This document shows positions 50,560 through 64,000 of a stretch of 64,000 nucleotides of DNA, in pieces (the stretch's first letter is position 1; every line of letters starts with the position of its first letter). The notes beneath the pieces were generated by a model. It made no database searches. It was not told where the DNA came from and worked only from the letters and a program-made list of their open reading frames with translations. A program made the translations under genes and the position numbers. This DNA comes from Phoronis australis (Eukaryota > Animalia > Phoronida): positions 1-64,000 of the forward strand of contig NMRA01001022.1 in the NCBI GenBank assembly GCA_002633005.1, in the 5' to 3' direction.

Positions 50560-52769
50560 ATTATAGAAAATGGGATCGTAGAGGTCACGACCGCAGTCGG
50601 CACAGAGGCTGGAGACGGACACTGGACCGAAATAATCGACGAATCATAACGGTACAAAGTTTTCATAATTTTGGAACAGACAAGACAGAAACGTCTGCCA
50701 TGTACAAGAAATAAAATCCACTTAGCATAACTATAATTAGATAAAATTGTTTCTGACAAGGGTACTCGGCACTCGAAGAATTGAAATCAGTGTCCGCTAT
50801 TCGCGACTGGGCATTGGCAGTCAGGGTAAAACTTCGGTTAGATTTGCAGTTCGAGACGCGTCACCTACTCGACATTAATGCGGTTAGAAAATCAAATCGT
50901 GATTCAATAGAAGGTTTCAATAACCAATCCGAATTTAAGACTGTCCGCAAACTATTTAGGCCGGCTTCGACTCGGCTTTACTCGACATGAGACGCCGGCG
51001 AAGTCTAACTCATCACCTCTTTCACCAATGACCTGAGTGTCGTGTTCAACCCCATATCCACACCTGTCTTCATAATACTCGTCGAGCTCGCTCTCTAAGT
51101 CTTCGTAACTTACAACGCCCCATCGCATACATACTGTCAAGTGATCAAGGTATTCTATTGATGACATCACGTGCCGGGAAACCAACGAATCATAATTTTT
51201 CTTTAAAATATAAAATTCCTCGTTTCCCAAAATAAGTTATAAAAATATTTCACACAATTTAAAACCTCAAAGAGTGCAGAAATCTATTGTCCAAACGCTT
51301 TAAGAAATGCGTTTTTTGTACATAACTTAGTCAGCAATGATAGAATTCCACGGTTAGAATAAACTTCTCAGAGGTAAAATTTATTTTCGAATAATTACAA
51401 AACATTTAAAGTTAAGGCTTCTATAATATAAAATGCATCATTCGCGCAAACTCCGTCTCCCCAGCTCCACTACAGACCTTCGTTGCGCCCATTTCGGCAC
51501 CACCTTGGTTCGAGGTAATGCCCCGGCCCCCCTATTTAGATTCGAGATGTTCTATTGTTTTCTCGCCGGCCGTTTTTTCGCGGACGCGGAGAGAGGGTGG
51601 CCACTTTCGTACTGGCTTTGGTGACGTCAGTGCGTCGGCTTAATTTCACTCCCTCCGGCTCCTGTCGTGTATATAATTCATCGGGCCTGTCGCCGCCAAA
51701 ATGAATTATGTCATTAAAAATGCACTCTTCCTTGAGTAAGCTAAATTATTTACCGGCGTTTTACCGTTATTCTGCTGCTAAAATTGTGATGCGCTCTGTT
51801 GGGTCGGCTTTCGGCGCCATTGCATCACCTATTGGCCAGGATTCAATCAACCGTTCTTCTCTTCCACGAGGTCGCGTACATGTCATAACAATCGGAACTG
51901 GTCTCATTTCGTTACAAGTTTTTACATGGGCGGCGTAGCACTGAAAAAGTGTAGGCTATACCCCCCTGTGGCGCATTTATACTTTGTGTACAATGGCAGT
52001 ATTTTTAATGCTTCCTTAATTTTCATTTAAAAGAAAAGCTGATTACCGTATATTATGTTATGACAGAGTCAAACCTTCTGGAAAGAAAAACTATTTTTAC
52101 TGCCTGGGGAAAGAATGCCGCAGTCGCACACCCTGCCTGAATCTGACAAAAATTCTAATAGAAGCTTTAAAATAAAACGGTCTCTTCAAGAAATATCCCT
52201 GTCTCTTGCAACGAACATTAATGTTCACTTGAATGTGTAGCTATTTTCCCTCGGCATTTCCCATACACTAGCTGCTACCCTTGGGCACGGGTCACGGCTA
52301 GTTCTTTTTAATTTTTTTTTTAAATGAATATAATATTTCGCGTGCTATAGAAACCAGTTGGGTAATTTGTTTTCTTTTGTGAACGGAGTTCCAGATGAAG
52401 TTTGGAGTCGACTTTTACGTTTCTCCTGCAAAAGTTATCGTTTGAAAGGAATGGACTATTTCTATCCAAAATGTCATTCAAATAAAAAATATTGCCCGAT
52501 TATTAGAAAGTTGTGTGTCTGCATGCATATGACCGTTGAGAACAAATGCCACGAGTCACCTCACGCCTCTGTGACTTTGTTTTCACGAACACAGCAAGTT
52601 GGGAAAAGAGATACATCCTCACCCAAATCCCTTAATTCTGGTAATTTGACATTTCGCTTATTTCAATCTCATGCTCACGACGTGCTTTAATCACCGACCC
52701 AATTTCTGTATCTACTTTGTACTTGGTTTTCAGCGTGTGGTGTGTATAACAGTGAACTGTTGACTTAAT

Positions 52770-54286
52770 TTAAGTGGACCACAGTGCACCAGCTTGACCC
52801 ACTTAATATGCTGGCTCCACCCGCGACCAGATCGACTTGGTTTAAATTAAAAGTTTTTGTGATAATTAAGTTAATTACGCACTGCAAATTCAGATGACAT
52901 TGCTCGTAAATGTTGAAATAGTGAACGCGGCTAAGGTATGTATAGCCTAGATTGACCAAAAACAAGTTTTCAACGAATAATTAACCGAAGTCCTTTAGAT
53001 TTCCTTGTCTCGTCATTCAATTGGCTTTATCTCGGCTTCGGCAAATCGGCTTAATTTGAGATTAGAAACACGAATTCTCAAAAAACGGCAGGGTGGATTT
53101 CGCTGAAACTTTCCAAACGTAATATTTATTCATCACTTTCAATAACAGTTTTAGGATTTTTAATATAAAGGTCCAGTTTTTGCGTAATGTAACAAAGACG
53201 AAAACGACTTCTATTTCTTTTACAAAAATACTTTACGTTTTGCGAGTTGATTTGTCATAGAAATCAAACAAATAGGCTCATAAAAAATTCCTAACAGCGT
53301 TTTGGGTAACTGGTGAAGTTTCCATTCAAGAAGGGTTTCATAAAAGTCTACCGAGGGTTATTTTGCTTTGAATGTACCTTTCCTAAACAGGAAATCTTGA
53401 CTTAAAAAGGTGTTGACGTAATAATAATCATAATGACACATAAATGTAAAAAAAAAAAATTATATATTCCCTGGTCGTATTTGTTTCAGAAAAAATATAC
53501 TTTTACTACAGTGAAGTTGACAAAGCCTACTTTTCTGATATACCAGTTAAAACTGAGGCCACTTGATAGGGCTTGAGATAATCTTAAGTGAATGGCTATG
53601 GGTGAAACATTACTAAGCTCACCCGATCTTGAATTTTTGTTGATTGATCCCAGTGGCGGATCTACGGGGGGGTTCAGGGGGTTTAAACCCCCCCCTTGGG
53701 CCACGACCCAAAAATAAAAAAAAACAAAACGTCCCCAGCAAAACAAAAACGGCACTGTCAGCGTGTGTAAACCTCAAGTAAACCAACTTGGAAAAAATTG
53801 AGGGGGGTTCACTCTATATTTTTTGCATTGTGAATTGCTGATCTGAAAATCAACGCATTTCGATTCTTCGTTGCTCATCGGCAAAATGCGCGGAGATCAA
53901 TTGTGCGCGCGCTTCCGTCGACACTTCTGAAGTAGCCAAGCATTTTAGATGGCTCCACCGCTGAAAGAGCAGCTCTATAGTCGATTTCTTTAGATAACTA
54001 GCTTCTTTACTCTAAGATATGTTTTGATTTGATTAGGGAAAATACTGTGGTGCCGCAACCCTGATATTCAAGCGAATTGACGTGCAACGTTTTTACCTCA
54101 TCTGTCATGCCGTGTCATGCTATTACACTCCACACGTTTGTAACTCGAATTTAGCTGGTGTATAGTACAGTTGTCTTGCGCAATATCATACAGTGTACAT
54201 GTAATATTTTTGAAAAAAAATCGTTTTCCGAAGAATTGCTATTTTGGCGGGCGCCGTGGTCCGATTCCGTTTGAAGATGCACTTTA
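52770..54286. mobile_element. Possible TTAA-ended (Kolobok-like) non-autonomous element
   Basis: TTAAGTGGACCACAGTGCACC at the left and GGGCGCCGTGGTCC...GCACTTTAA at the right form a degenerate inverted pair. Confidence 0.3.
53651..53810 (+). mobile_element. Truncated CAGTGGCGGATC MITE
   Basis: CAGTGGCGGATCTACGGGGGG...AAACCCCCCC end motif, as in 9923 and 14446. Confidence 0.55.
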
Positions 54287-54904
54287 ACTAGTTATGTCTA
54301 TACAAGGAATGACCAAGGAGGCACTCACATTGACAAAGTGACCGCATTCGCGAACAGTGTACAGCACCAGAAGTTGCGGGGAGGCTGTACTTTCACAACA
54401 AAGTCTTGCAGGACTCGTGCGATGTTCAATAGACATCCTAAGGAGCCCTAGTTCCGACCTCAACACCTACCGTCTTTCTACCCGCAATAAGCACCACTGC
54501 CGTCTTCTATACTGGGAATTTCCGCAGAAAGTCCCACCCGACGAAACGCCCATGCCCATTGGCATTTATTTGATGTTAGTACTTCGGGTTTCAAGCGTTC
54601 AGACATTGGGACGTTTATTTCGAAAATTGCAAGAGATGCAAATAGGTCCTGGGATACATCGTCAAGGTTTGAAGTAGTCCATGATGAACGGATCAAATTT
54701 AGTTGCGCATGTAAGTCTTTTGAATGGACTTGGCAACCTCAGGGGGCTTGGTGCCAACTGAGCTGCGAAACGAGATGCTGACATTGCAGAGGCTTACAAG
54801 CTCATTGACAGAGCAGTTGACGAAGTGCAAGCGTTGGGATCAAACATCGAAGATGTCTGGGTAGAATGGTTCCAAGACGAGCAAACCATTGGATCCGATA
54901 ATAA

Positions 54905-55021
54905 NNNNNNNNNNNNNNNNNNNNNNNNNNNNNNNNNNNNNNNNNNNNNNNNNNNNNNNNNNNNNNNNNNNNNNNNNNNNNNNNNNNNNNNNNNNNNNNN
55001 NNNNNNNNNNNNNNNNNNNNN
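54905..55021. other. Assembly gap (117 N)
   Basis: Direct inspection. Confidence 1.
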
Positions 55022-57013
55022 GGTCGGGATGGTACAAGAGTATATCAAATACTGTAATATGCGTCTATTACCCCTGTTTCCTGCTTGCACCCTGTCCTGA
55101 CTGAAGGTCCGCCACAAGTCGAAAGCAATCGTATTCATTGAAAAGAAATAAACAAGAAACGCCCACTGTGTGAAGGCACCAACGACAACACAAGCCTCGA
55201 GATGATTGGCAGCTTGAATTTTCACCATAAATGAAATATTCGATACAAATAGGGAAATTGACACGATCAACTGCAGTTTTCCAGGAAAGCTGCGATAGAG
55301 AGGCACAAAGAACTGTAGAATAATTCTCACAAGGAGACATAATTCAGAAATTATCAAGCAGACCACAGTAACAATGCCCATTGCTTCTGTAACAGGCGGT
55401 GGAGACGATGTCGCGTTTATTATTGTTAAATTCTTGTCTTTGCAAATCAGAACGCTTTTGTTGTCCACCACTACAAACTCAGTTGAGTCAAGTAACACCG
55501 TGTTGTTAAATAGAGCAGAGCCATTCTGATACAGCTTAAACAAGCTTCTTGGAAATGAAACTCTGGCACAGTCAGTGTTGTTAGCCGTAATTGTGTTGTT
55601 ACAGTTTTGCTCTAAATAATTCGTTGCAACAATGTCAACAAATTCACCATATGCATTCTGTTCAAACCACGTAGCAAGACGGGCATTTAAAGTCATAATT
55701 GTCTCTCTTGACTTGTTTGCTTCTATTTCGTAATCACATGGCAGATTATGTACTTGTAAAAATTTAATAACAACCGAAGTTCTCACTCCTGGATTGGTGT
55801 CACTGAATACTATGTCAGGTTCCAAGTGCCACGTGAAATATTGCGACAATTTTTTAATAAGTTCGTACCCCTTCAATACACGTTGTCTGTCTGATCTCTC
55901 ATAGGTAATGTTTAGAACTACTTTAGATAAAATATTCCTGATTTGACATCGGCCGTCGATATTTTCATACCCATCTTGACATCGAATAATTTGACAGTCG
56001 TCCAAGCCTAGCGTTTCACACACTGCTTGCGCGCTGGAGTTTTTCTGGCCTACGGAGCTGGAGAGTCCTACATTAAGTTCTCCTGAAGGATTAACATTTA
56101 CTAAAAGGGAATACGAGAACTTCCAGAAGTGTGCGCCAGCACGCAATGGTGGCCACTGGGCTAAGCAATTGTCAAGGGGCAGTGAAATGTTGTTGCACAT
56201 AGCACATGTTGGATTTTTGAAATGATAGCTTCTGAAGTCGGAGTCGAAGTAGGAAAATAAAAGTTGATAACGAGCACACTCAGAGACAATTTCGGGCGAG
56301 ACATCGCAATCCTTGCTACACCTATTGATGTAGTTCTCGGTACAAAGTCGGTCATAACTATGCGTATTGTTGAATAGGGCGCGGCATTTGGAATCGTTGC
56401 GCTTCAGCATCAATTCGTGAAAAGTGACTTGAACAGGTTCTGTAGCAGTGCCTTCGCAGTCTAAAATGAACTTCCAAAACTGAACAGCTCTGACTCCATT
56501 GCAAGCAGCACAGTGGTAGTTTTTGTAATGTATTTTAGTCTTGTTATCGAAGACTGGGATTTCCGATAATATGTCAGATTTGCTATGTTCACACAATGCA
56601 GCTTCTACGGAACCCTTCTCGCCCTTTGGACAACCAGCTACGAGCAAAAAGTATCCATTTGTGGTATCTTTACACTCGATTGTAGTTTTTTCCGAGCGAC
56701 TAGTGCTGGCGGAATAAATTGTACACTCGTCAACGAAATCTATGCAACAATCTTGATATATGGTACACAAAAGGTCACAAGAACACATCCAGTCATCGCG
56801 AGTGTTGGAAATACTGCCACATCTATTACTACACGAAAACGGATTTGGTCTGTCCCTGAACACGTCTCTTCCGAGATTTAAACAGTGTCCTGTTGCCTTT
56901 TCCGCACTGCGTATTTCATCTGTGGATGAACATCCTCTTGCATAACACGAACATAACCGACTTAAAAGAAACACTGCGGACAGGAGCAACGTACACGTAC
57001 TGACGGAAGACAT
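55022..57013 (-). CDS. Somatomedin-B-domain, Cys-rich, Methuselah-like/class B (7tm_2) GPCR, single coding exon, truncated by the gap
   Basis: Signal peptide; SMB motif SCSNRC..CSCDLLCTIYQDCCIDF; repeated YKNYHCAACN/FKNPTCAMCN; TM1-TM4 with RSFPGK and FFSMNTIAFDLWRTF. 664 codons open up to the gap. Confidence 0.88.
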
Positions 57014-58877
57014 TGCTTCTTCATGTCTGTTGGTAGGTTAGTGGTGCCACACCTCCAACATCAGAGAATAACAGAGCGGAGAAGCAGCTCGTACCAATCA
57101 AACACATCCGCCGTTCAAAACTAATGAAAGCGAAGATTCAGGTCAGCCGTCGATCACTGAGGCACACCGAACAACAATAACATAGACACACACAACAACA
57201 CACAGACAACATTTAGTTGGTTGGTGGTCTGTAATCGGTGAATCACACAAGACCATGAGATTTCGTGGTGCGGTTACTTCGGTTTGACAACTCAAATTCA
57301 CTGATGACGGAATGTGTTTTTCAGTTGGTGGTTTTGTATTTCTTATCCCATTAACCTGACAATTAAACAAAACGATTTTCATTGCTGGGAATCCCATTAC
57401 AGGGTAGTCAAAAAACTTACCACTGTTCTAGTTAAGAAATGGATCGTGTAACCTGTTCTGGTTTACTTTATACACACCCAATCTCTGTGAACTTGCAGTC
57501 AAGGTAAAGAATGTCCTTTGGTTCGTTGGCAGGGAATAAAGATTGTTGTTTCCCGTACTGTTCAAAAGTGGTGACCACATAGAAAATTACACATTTGAAC
57601 AAAATTAATTAATTGAGCCTGGCGTCAATCATGTCGGCAAGTTACTGCAAAGGTTCAGCTGTGCGTGGCCTATTATTTGTAAATAGAAGCGGCGAAGCCA
57701 TAACTTAGTGCCAGTGAAACTTTTGCCCAATATTCGTCCGGATTAAGGCGTTATCGCTGAAACATTAAAGGATCTGTGATGCAAACAAAAATGGCGCAAG
57801 ACCATTTTACGTTATGCTTTCCAGCAGCAGTTGAATCACTGCAAGTTATTCCGTTTTACTTAGATGACCAGTCTCCATTTTTATTGTAGTTGTTTACTAT
57901 TAACATGTGGCCAGGCTAGTTTTCGTTGTGTGTTCCTAGTCACGTAACTTATGTAAAGCCAAAGGGGCATAGCACTATTCCATATACGAACACATACAAA
58001 AACTCCTCAAATGATATTACAGAACATACTGACGAACCGCTATTATTAAGAATTTCAATTTAGGTCTAATTGATTCAATGCTTATCATCTAAAAGTTAGA
58101 TGTCAACAGTTAATCCTTTTTACCTACGGTAAATTCCCAGTAGGCCTAAGTGACTAATGCCTTGTCGAGAATAAATGCTTAGGCGACGAGTTCGTGTTAT
58201 TCATGACCACCTATTTTACAGTGCTAGTTATACAGTGGGCAATAGTTATAACACTACGCACAAAATCACGGGGTGATAATTACCTCTAACATTTACTAAA
58301 TTGCACCATGTACGTAACCTGCATCAAATACCTTAGTCAGTGTTGGCAACAACAACTTTGTGTATGGAAATAAGTATAATTTCTATCTTACATTTTCTAA
58401 TTGTATTTAATTTCGTATTCCATCTCGTTTAAACTCTTATTTAACGGCATTGTTTAAAGAGATAATATCACACATGACGTCTGGCCCCTGCGGGTATGTG
58501 TAAGGTAAAACTGTTTCCCTGTTGAAAAAGGTGTTTTGGAATGTTGAAGCTCAAGAGTTTTCACTTGGTACATTGTCAGTGGGTCCCCGAGCTGTAAGAA
58601 TTAAAAAAAAAAAGTTTTTCTGAGTACTTTCACCTGGCAGTTATTTTTAACGCTTTCCATCTCATTCATACGCGTAGTTTTCAGTTGCAAAAAGTTCTCG
58701 AGTTTGAAGTTGCAAATTTCGTAAACGTGCCAATGAATTCCGTGAAAAATAACAATGTGTTGAAATTGATAGTTCGTTTTCAATGCGTCACTATTGATAA
58801 GAAATGTTATATCAGGCATTTTAACGACACATTAAGCATTGTTGTTCACATTAAACGCGGTTAAAATAGCTGTATAG

Positions 58878-59109
58878 AGGAGGCATTTTGGCCTGGTGGG
58901 AAAACCGTTCGCTTCCTTTACTCGAAGTCCTGGGTTCGAGTCCCACTGAGGCACACTGATAAACCTTTGAGTCAGATTTCTAGCTCCTCAGTTCGATTTT
59001 AACTGTAGATCAACAAAGCATAAAATGGTTCCAGGTCATCAGTGCAGTGAGCCTACCTGAGCGTCCTGCGCACATCTGGTACACGTTGTACCAGAATACC
59101 TGCAATTTT
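58878..59109 (+). mobile_element. tRNA-derived SINE, copy C
   Basis: AGGAGGCA..TGGCCTGGTG, GGTTCGAGTCCC, TTGAGTCAG..TTCTAGCTCCTCAG and TCTGGTAC..GTACCAGA, as in copies A and B. Confidence 0.85.
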
Positions 59110-62100
59110 CCCCAACTGAAACTAGGTCGCAAGCTGGTCGCATAGAGATCGGTAGCTTGGCGTATTCATTCTTCACTTTGTTTTTCTTTGTTGTCATGAC
59201 GATAATGGCAAGTGCGGCTGATGTGCGCCCAAGGTACGATATCCATGCGACATGTATTTTTATATCCAACGAAGACGCAACAAAGGAAAACGATGGAAGT
59301 GTCCGGTAGGCGATAACCATGCGACCTGCTTACTCCTGTCGCATGGATGTCGCAAGTTAAACAAAACCAAATTGCGATCTCCATACAAAGTCATTTAGCA
59401 TGAGTTAGTGCTAGAATATAAAAGTACTTTAAATTACATAAATTCGACGAACAAATTTGATTTCGTCAAATTAACTCTGGCCCTCTCGTTCACCACCAAC
59501 GTCTTCCCTTGGCCTAGCAGGTCCAGATTGAAGTAGAGTCATTTGCAATCATTAGTAACACTGAAACGACTTGGATAAACCTCGTAAAAATACATGTAGT
59601 ATGGAGCACAAAATTGTGTTGTTCCACGTTCATTGAGACATGGAAGTTGGGAAAAAACGAATATTGATCAAAATTTAGCTCATCATTTGTATCCCTAAAC
59701 TGTTCATTTTTGATCAATTGCAATGTTTCATTGTGAAAGATGTATTGAAAAGTTGATTTTTGTTAATGACGTATTGGCGCCTTTCATTTTTTCATACAAG
59801 TACGATATTGAAAATGTCAATGTTTTGCCAATGATATTTTGTGGAAAGGTTATTTTGGAAATAAATTGTATCGTTAAAAGTGTCTGGGTAAAACGTATAC
59901 CGATAGAACTCTGTCTATGGTTTGATAACGGCTGAAGCAGTTCCGTAAATAGAATTATTCTCATTCTTATCGTACCCTCTTTTCAAGTCCTATCAAACAC
60001 CATCATTCATGGCTGATATACATTATCAATTATGTACACTGAAATGGTTGAACTTGCTATGCATAACACAAGAAACGCCGTGGAGTCAGTCCTCCGTCCT
60101 GTGGCATCCGTTCACCCAATACTTTTAGTAATACGTAATTTAGATTTTATTATAAAATGTTATTTTCAAAAAGTCGGGCCCAGAACAATTTTTGAAGTGT
60201 AGTTACACTGCTTGCAGACAACATTAAGATATTCTTGGGCTCCATTTTTCGTTAAAATCAGTACAAAATGAATTTTAGCTCATACCAGCTTTAATAAAAT
60301 GTATTCTCAAAACTACCCTTTGAACCTGACATTATTTTTCTAAGATAAACAAAACTTAATATATAAGTTAACATAATTCTATCATAGTATACTTGACTGA
60401 TTAAATCCTCAGCAATCATGTGGTTTCCAGACCCCCGGAAACATTGCCAAAAATACTCAGACGAATGTTTTACATGCAAACACTTTTATTGTTTGCCTTT
60501 GCATGGTCAAAATGAGGAGCAACATTTTTGGTAACTTAGGATAAACCTTTTTTGCTGTACTTTTTTCCTAGCAACGACGAATATCTTACTCTGGCACCCA
60601 CTGTAGATTTGCAATTTGCACCATTCGCGAGTACCAGAAATGGGGTTTCTCAGTTTGGAATTGGCCAATGTTGCTTTTACAGCACCCGCTGATGCTTAAT
60701 AAATTTGACACTTTATTCTGTAAAAACGTCGACCCGTTTTGTTCAGAAAATGCGAAACTAAATTAATGAATTGAAGATACTTTATTCAACCACAGTAGAA
60801 AAAATAATTGGCACGGCAGTACTCACGAATTGTTCTCCTACAACTTAGGTCCCACTAACTAATATAATTCCTTACCATTGCAATTTGTTTTGGATGTTTC
60901 CTTTTTTCATCAAAACGATAAGCCAAACTGGAGCTGGACATGGCAAGTATATGTGCTAGATGACGTATACTGGTGCTTTGTGATTTTGATAACTGCTGCT
61001 GCGGTCCGGCGGTTACGATAAAAATCGCTGTGCATTGACTACCCATGCACTTAAACGTCTGCGTCAATATGTGAAAAAAACTTGGACAAAACCATAGCAA
61101 CCCCAAGATACGAATGTAACTGTCCTGTTTAATTAGGATGGCCTACTATTAAAACTATAGGGCCTTAGAAGAGGACTTATTAAGCCCTAACTTAGTTTAG
61201 TAATTCTGTTTAGCTAGTATTTTCACTCTATTCCTAGAAAATAATGGCGGCGATATTGTCTCAATCAATACTGGTGAATGCATTGTCACTGAGTGAAGGC
61301 GTGATGTTCACGCCGGCGAAAACAGTGCATTTTTAAAATACACCAAAAAGACCAAAAACGCGAATATTAAAATAGTCGCGGGTACGTTTTGATCTTCTTC
61401 AGAGCTTTTACGAGATTAGATGACTTGTTTTCAAGTGTGGTGGACACTCGCTTTTCATTGGCGTGATTATGTGTGGTCTTGCTTACCGGTCTGGCTTTTT
61501 CGCGAACTATTTACTTATACAGAGCTTATCCCAGCTACTGTGCACGACTTGTCATGTTTGTTTCACTGAGCTTAAATTACCGTCAATTAAATGTTATCGA
61601 CCTCGGCCACCATTCAACACTGTTTCCACACAACCCAAATCACTTAAAAGGATACCAAACACGGTTTTGTCTTAAGTAACAGATACTGAAAACGACCTTC
61701 CCAATCAAAATAATGTTCTGTAACCCTCGACAATCCTCAAAAGTTTAGAGGAAAAATTGAAAACTTTAAAAGTCTGCTGAACAAGCAAACGTGACCTACG
61801 CTTTTAGCGAAAAGACCACCCACCAAGGACAGTAACGTCCACTCTGTGACACAGGAAGTATGGGTTTTATGTAATTTATTCCTGCCTTTAACTTGGAACA
61901 TTGGCGTAAATGATGAATTAGAATGTGACAGAACGATGACTGGTGGAAATCATCAAAATAAGGTTTAGTATCGTTTTGATTAAGCAACCAGTAAATCGCT
62001 GTTTCGGTAGGTCTACAAAAATTGATACATTGTCACTAAGTAAACAAAAGCCCGCACTAAACACAGTCAAACTAATTATTTTTGAATCACCGAAAAACAA

Positions 62101-64000
62101 TTAATTTATTTCCAGGAAGTGCATTACGCTTTTAAAAAATCGTTTGTACCAATACAAATCATGTTAACCTCATTTAGGTAAATCCCGAGTGACGCTCAGA
62201 GGCGGCAACGGCAAATGAAGCATGGATGTAATCGGTGAAAGGAGAGTAAACAGTATACCAACGTATCCATAATTGTTCAATAGATTTTTTTATTACAAGG
62301 CAACAAACACAAATTAGTCAACATTCAAGTTTGCCTTCAACATTTTCCAAGGGTTGACAGGGAAACCGAACTGAACGTCGCGCTTGGTAACAAATCGCTC
62401 TGTGCAATCTTTTCAGACTCTTCGAACCGTCAAGAGAGTCACATTTGACCGTCTGTGCTAACCATGAGCACTGGCCATGAGCCCCATCTTCCAGATCGAC
62501 TCTCTAAGAATGTCAGCACTCTAGAAGATCTTCAGTCCCTCTGAAAGCAGTTTTGGAGCAACATGCCCATTATTCAGTGCATAGTTAGCGCTGCCTTTGA
62601 ATATAGTGACAGTAGCGTTTTCTTGAGTAAGTTCAATCAGTCTATATTGCTTGATCCAACTTTAATTTGAGTTCAGTTATTCAAAAAGACTTAGTGCATA
62701 GGAAATTGTTTTGTTAGTGCCCTTTGATATGTTCACCAATTATTTTAACCAGAAAAGAATCTGAGATGATGTGGTTCTTCATCAGTTGACACACAATGTA
62801 GTACAGTGTCCCAGAAAGCTATTTTCGTAGTCTCAAACATGAGGACACCACGTGAAGATGCGAAGGACCGTAAAATTTCGGTGAACGCGCGGAAACCCTC
62901 ATGACTTTCATACTGGAGAACGACTGAAACTCGATCATGCACCTCCGATGGCAAAGTTGAGTCTACGAAAATGATAGACTGGTGATCCCAATGGCTCCGA
63001 AATCCCAATTTCGTCATTCATCCGGAACACCTCGAGTATTTTCGGGATATCAAATTTTCCGTCGGGTCATCTTGAACATCTCGGTTAGTTCGTAACCTGG
63101 TTCTAGATTAGTTCGTAGCCTCGGCGAACTATCCATCAGAGATATTTCATTTGTGCATGTGCGAAATTCAATCATTTTAGCAAGACATGTGGCTCGGAAA
63201 ATGGAGAATGTCGTCAAATGCATGGGCATATCCTGGTAATAACAAAATTGAACACGACTACGTTTTGAAGCGATCGTCACGATTGGTGATTGGTGTCCAC
63301 TTTCTGGCAATTATTCAAACTTGGCATAAAATTTGAGAGATGAAGACGATTATAGATCATTTATTTTGTTTCGTACTTCAACCCGTTAATAGAGATATTT
63401 GAAACTAGTCTGCTGGAATACCTTTTTCATTTCCTAGATATCACAATTAACCCTACAGCCTTCTCTCACCAAACTATCTTCACCCTGGAACGAGACTATA
63501 GAGGCAGTTTCGAGATCACACGTGACCATAGTTCCCGCGAGTCATCACGGTCAATACCCCATCGCCGGAAGGAGACGCCGAAGATCTAGGACATCAAAAA
63601 AGGTAATCCAGTAGGCCAATATCAACTTAAATATCATGAACATTCCTGGATGGCTCAACACCCCGGCCAACCCGCGATCGAGAACGCCCGGAAGGCGATC
63701 GATCGAGAACGAGACCTTGCACCGAAAATGGCAGACGACAGTGACATACCTGGTGAGCTTTTAAGCAGAAAATGACACTTAAAGGAGAATGCCACCCAAA
63801 AAACAACCTATTCTGTATCAATTTAGATCGAGTAGCTCCTCTCGATAACGGCAGGTTCGGTTGCGTTACCTGACACCTGACGGCAGGCGGAGGTGTTGAA
63901 ATTATCCAATGACGTAATTGGTTTCACACGCAGTCTGTTCAGCAGTTCACAACACGGATTAGTGGTGACAGCTTATCGCTTGAATTCATCTTTTAACACC

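Noticed and set aside
50952-51230. 92-aa acidic ORF
   Set aside because: Non-ATG start, no recognisable motif and no splice support.
54794-54904. Supplied C-terminus of the 739-aa ORF
   Set aside because: The frame across the gap is arbitrary and the sequence is not transmembrane-like.
62300-63310. Coding-looking minus-strand stretch ending near an AATAAA
   Set aside because: Multiple stops and no identifiable domain; cannot be assigned without a search.

Overview
This is eukaryotic, intron-containing, transposon-rich DNA, about 38-40% GC by eye, with three assembly gaps. The gene and repeat repertoire suggests an invertebrate, plausibly a mollusc or other lophotrochozoan (inference). Host genes: (1) first coding exon of a mitochondrial-clan cytochrome P450 (minus strand, 8775-8994; no further exons found toward the window start); (2) an intronless, divergent class A GPCR (31407-32528, +); (3) five coding exons of a secreted GH9 endoglucanase-like gene (43421-47069, +) whose catalytic DAGD motif reads DAGN and whose C-terminal half is not visible; (4) a single-exon somatomedin-B/Methuselah-like class B GPCR (57013 down to the gap at 55021, minus). 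The rest is mostly mobile DNA: two nested L1/Tx1-type LINEs plus fragments, two copies of an ISL2EU-like THAP/SAP transposon with AT target duplications, a three-copy tRNA-derived SINE, a tandem array of three Helitron-like non-autonomous units rich in AGGTCAAAGGTCA, a decayed SGNH-hydrolase element of Ngaro type with an internal repeat-spacer tract, several MITEs, and an intronic 61-bp hairpin insertion. A 1.4-kb duplication at a single N is probably an assembly artefact. No CRISPR, rRNA or intact tRNA gene was found. No clearly new system is proven; the best leads are the GH9 catalytic variant and the SGNH-only element.
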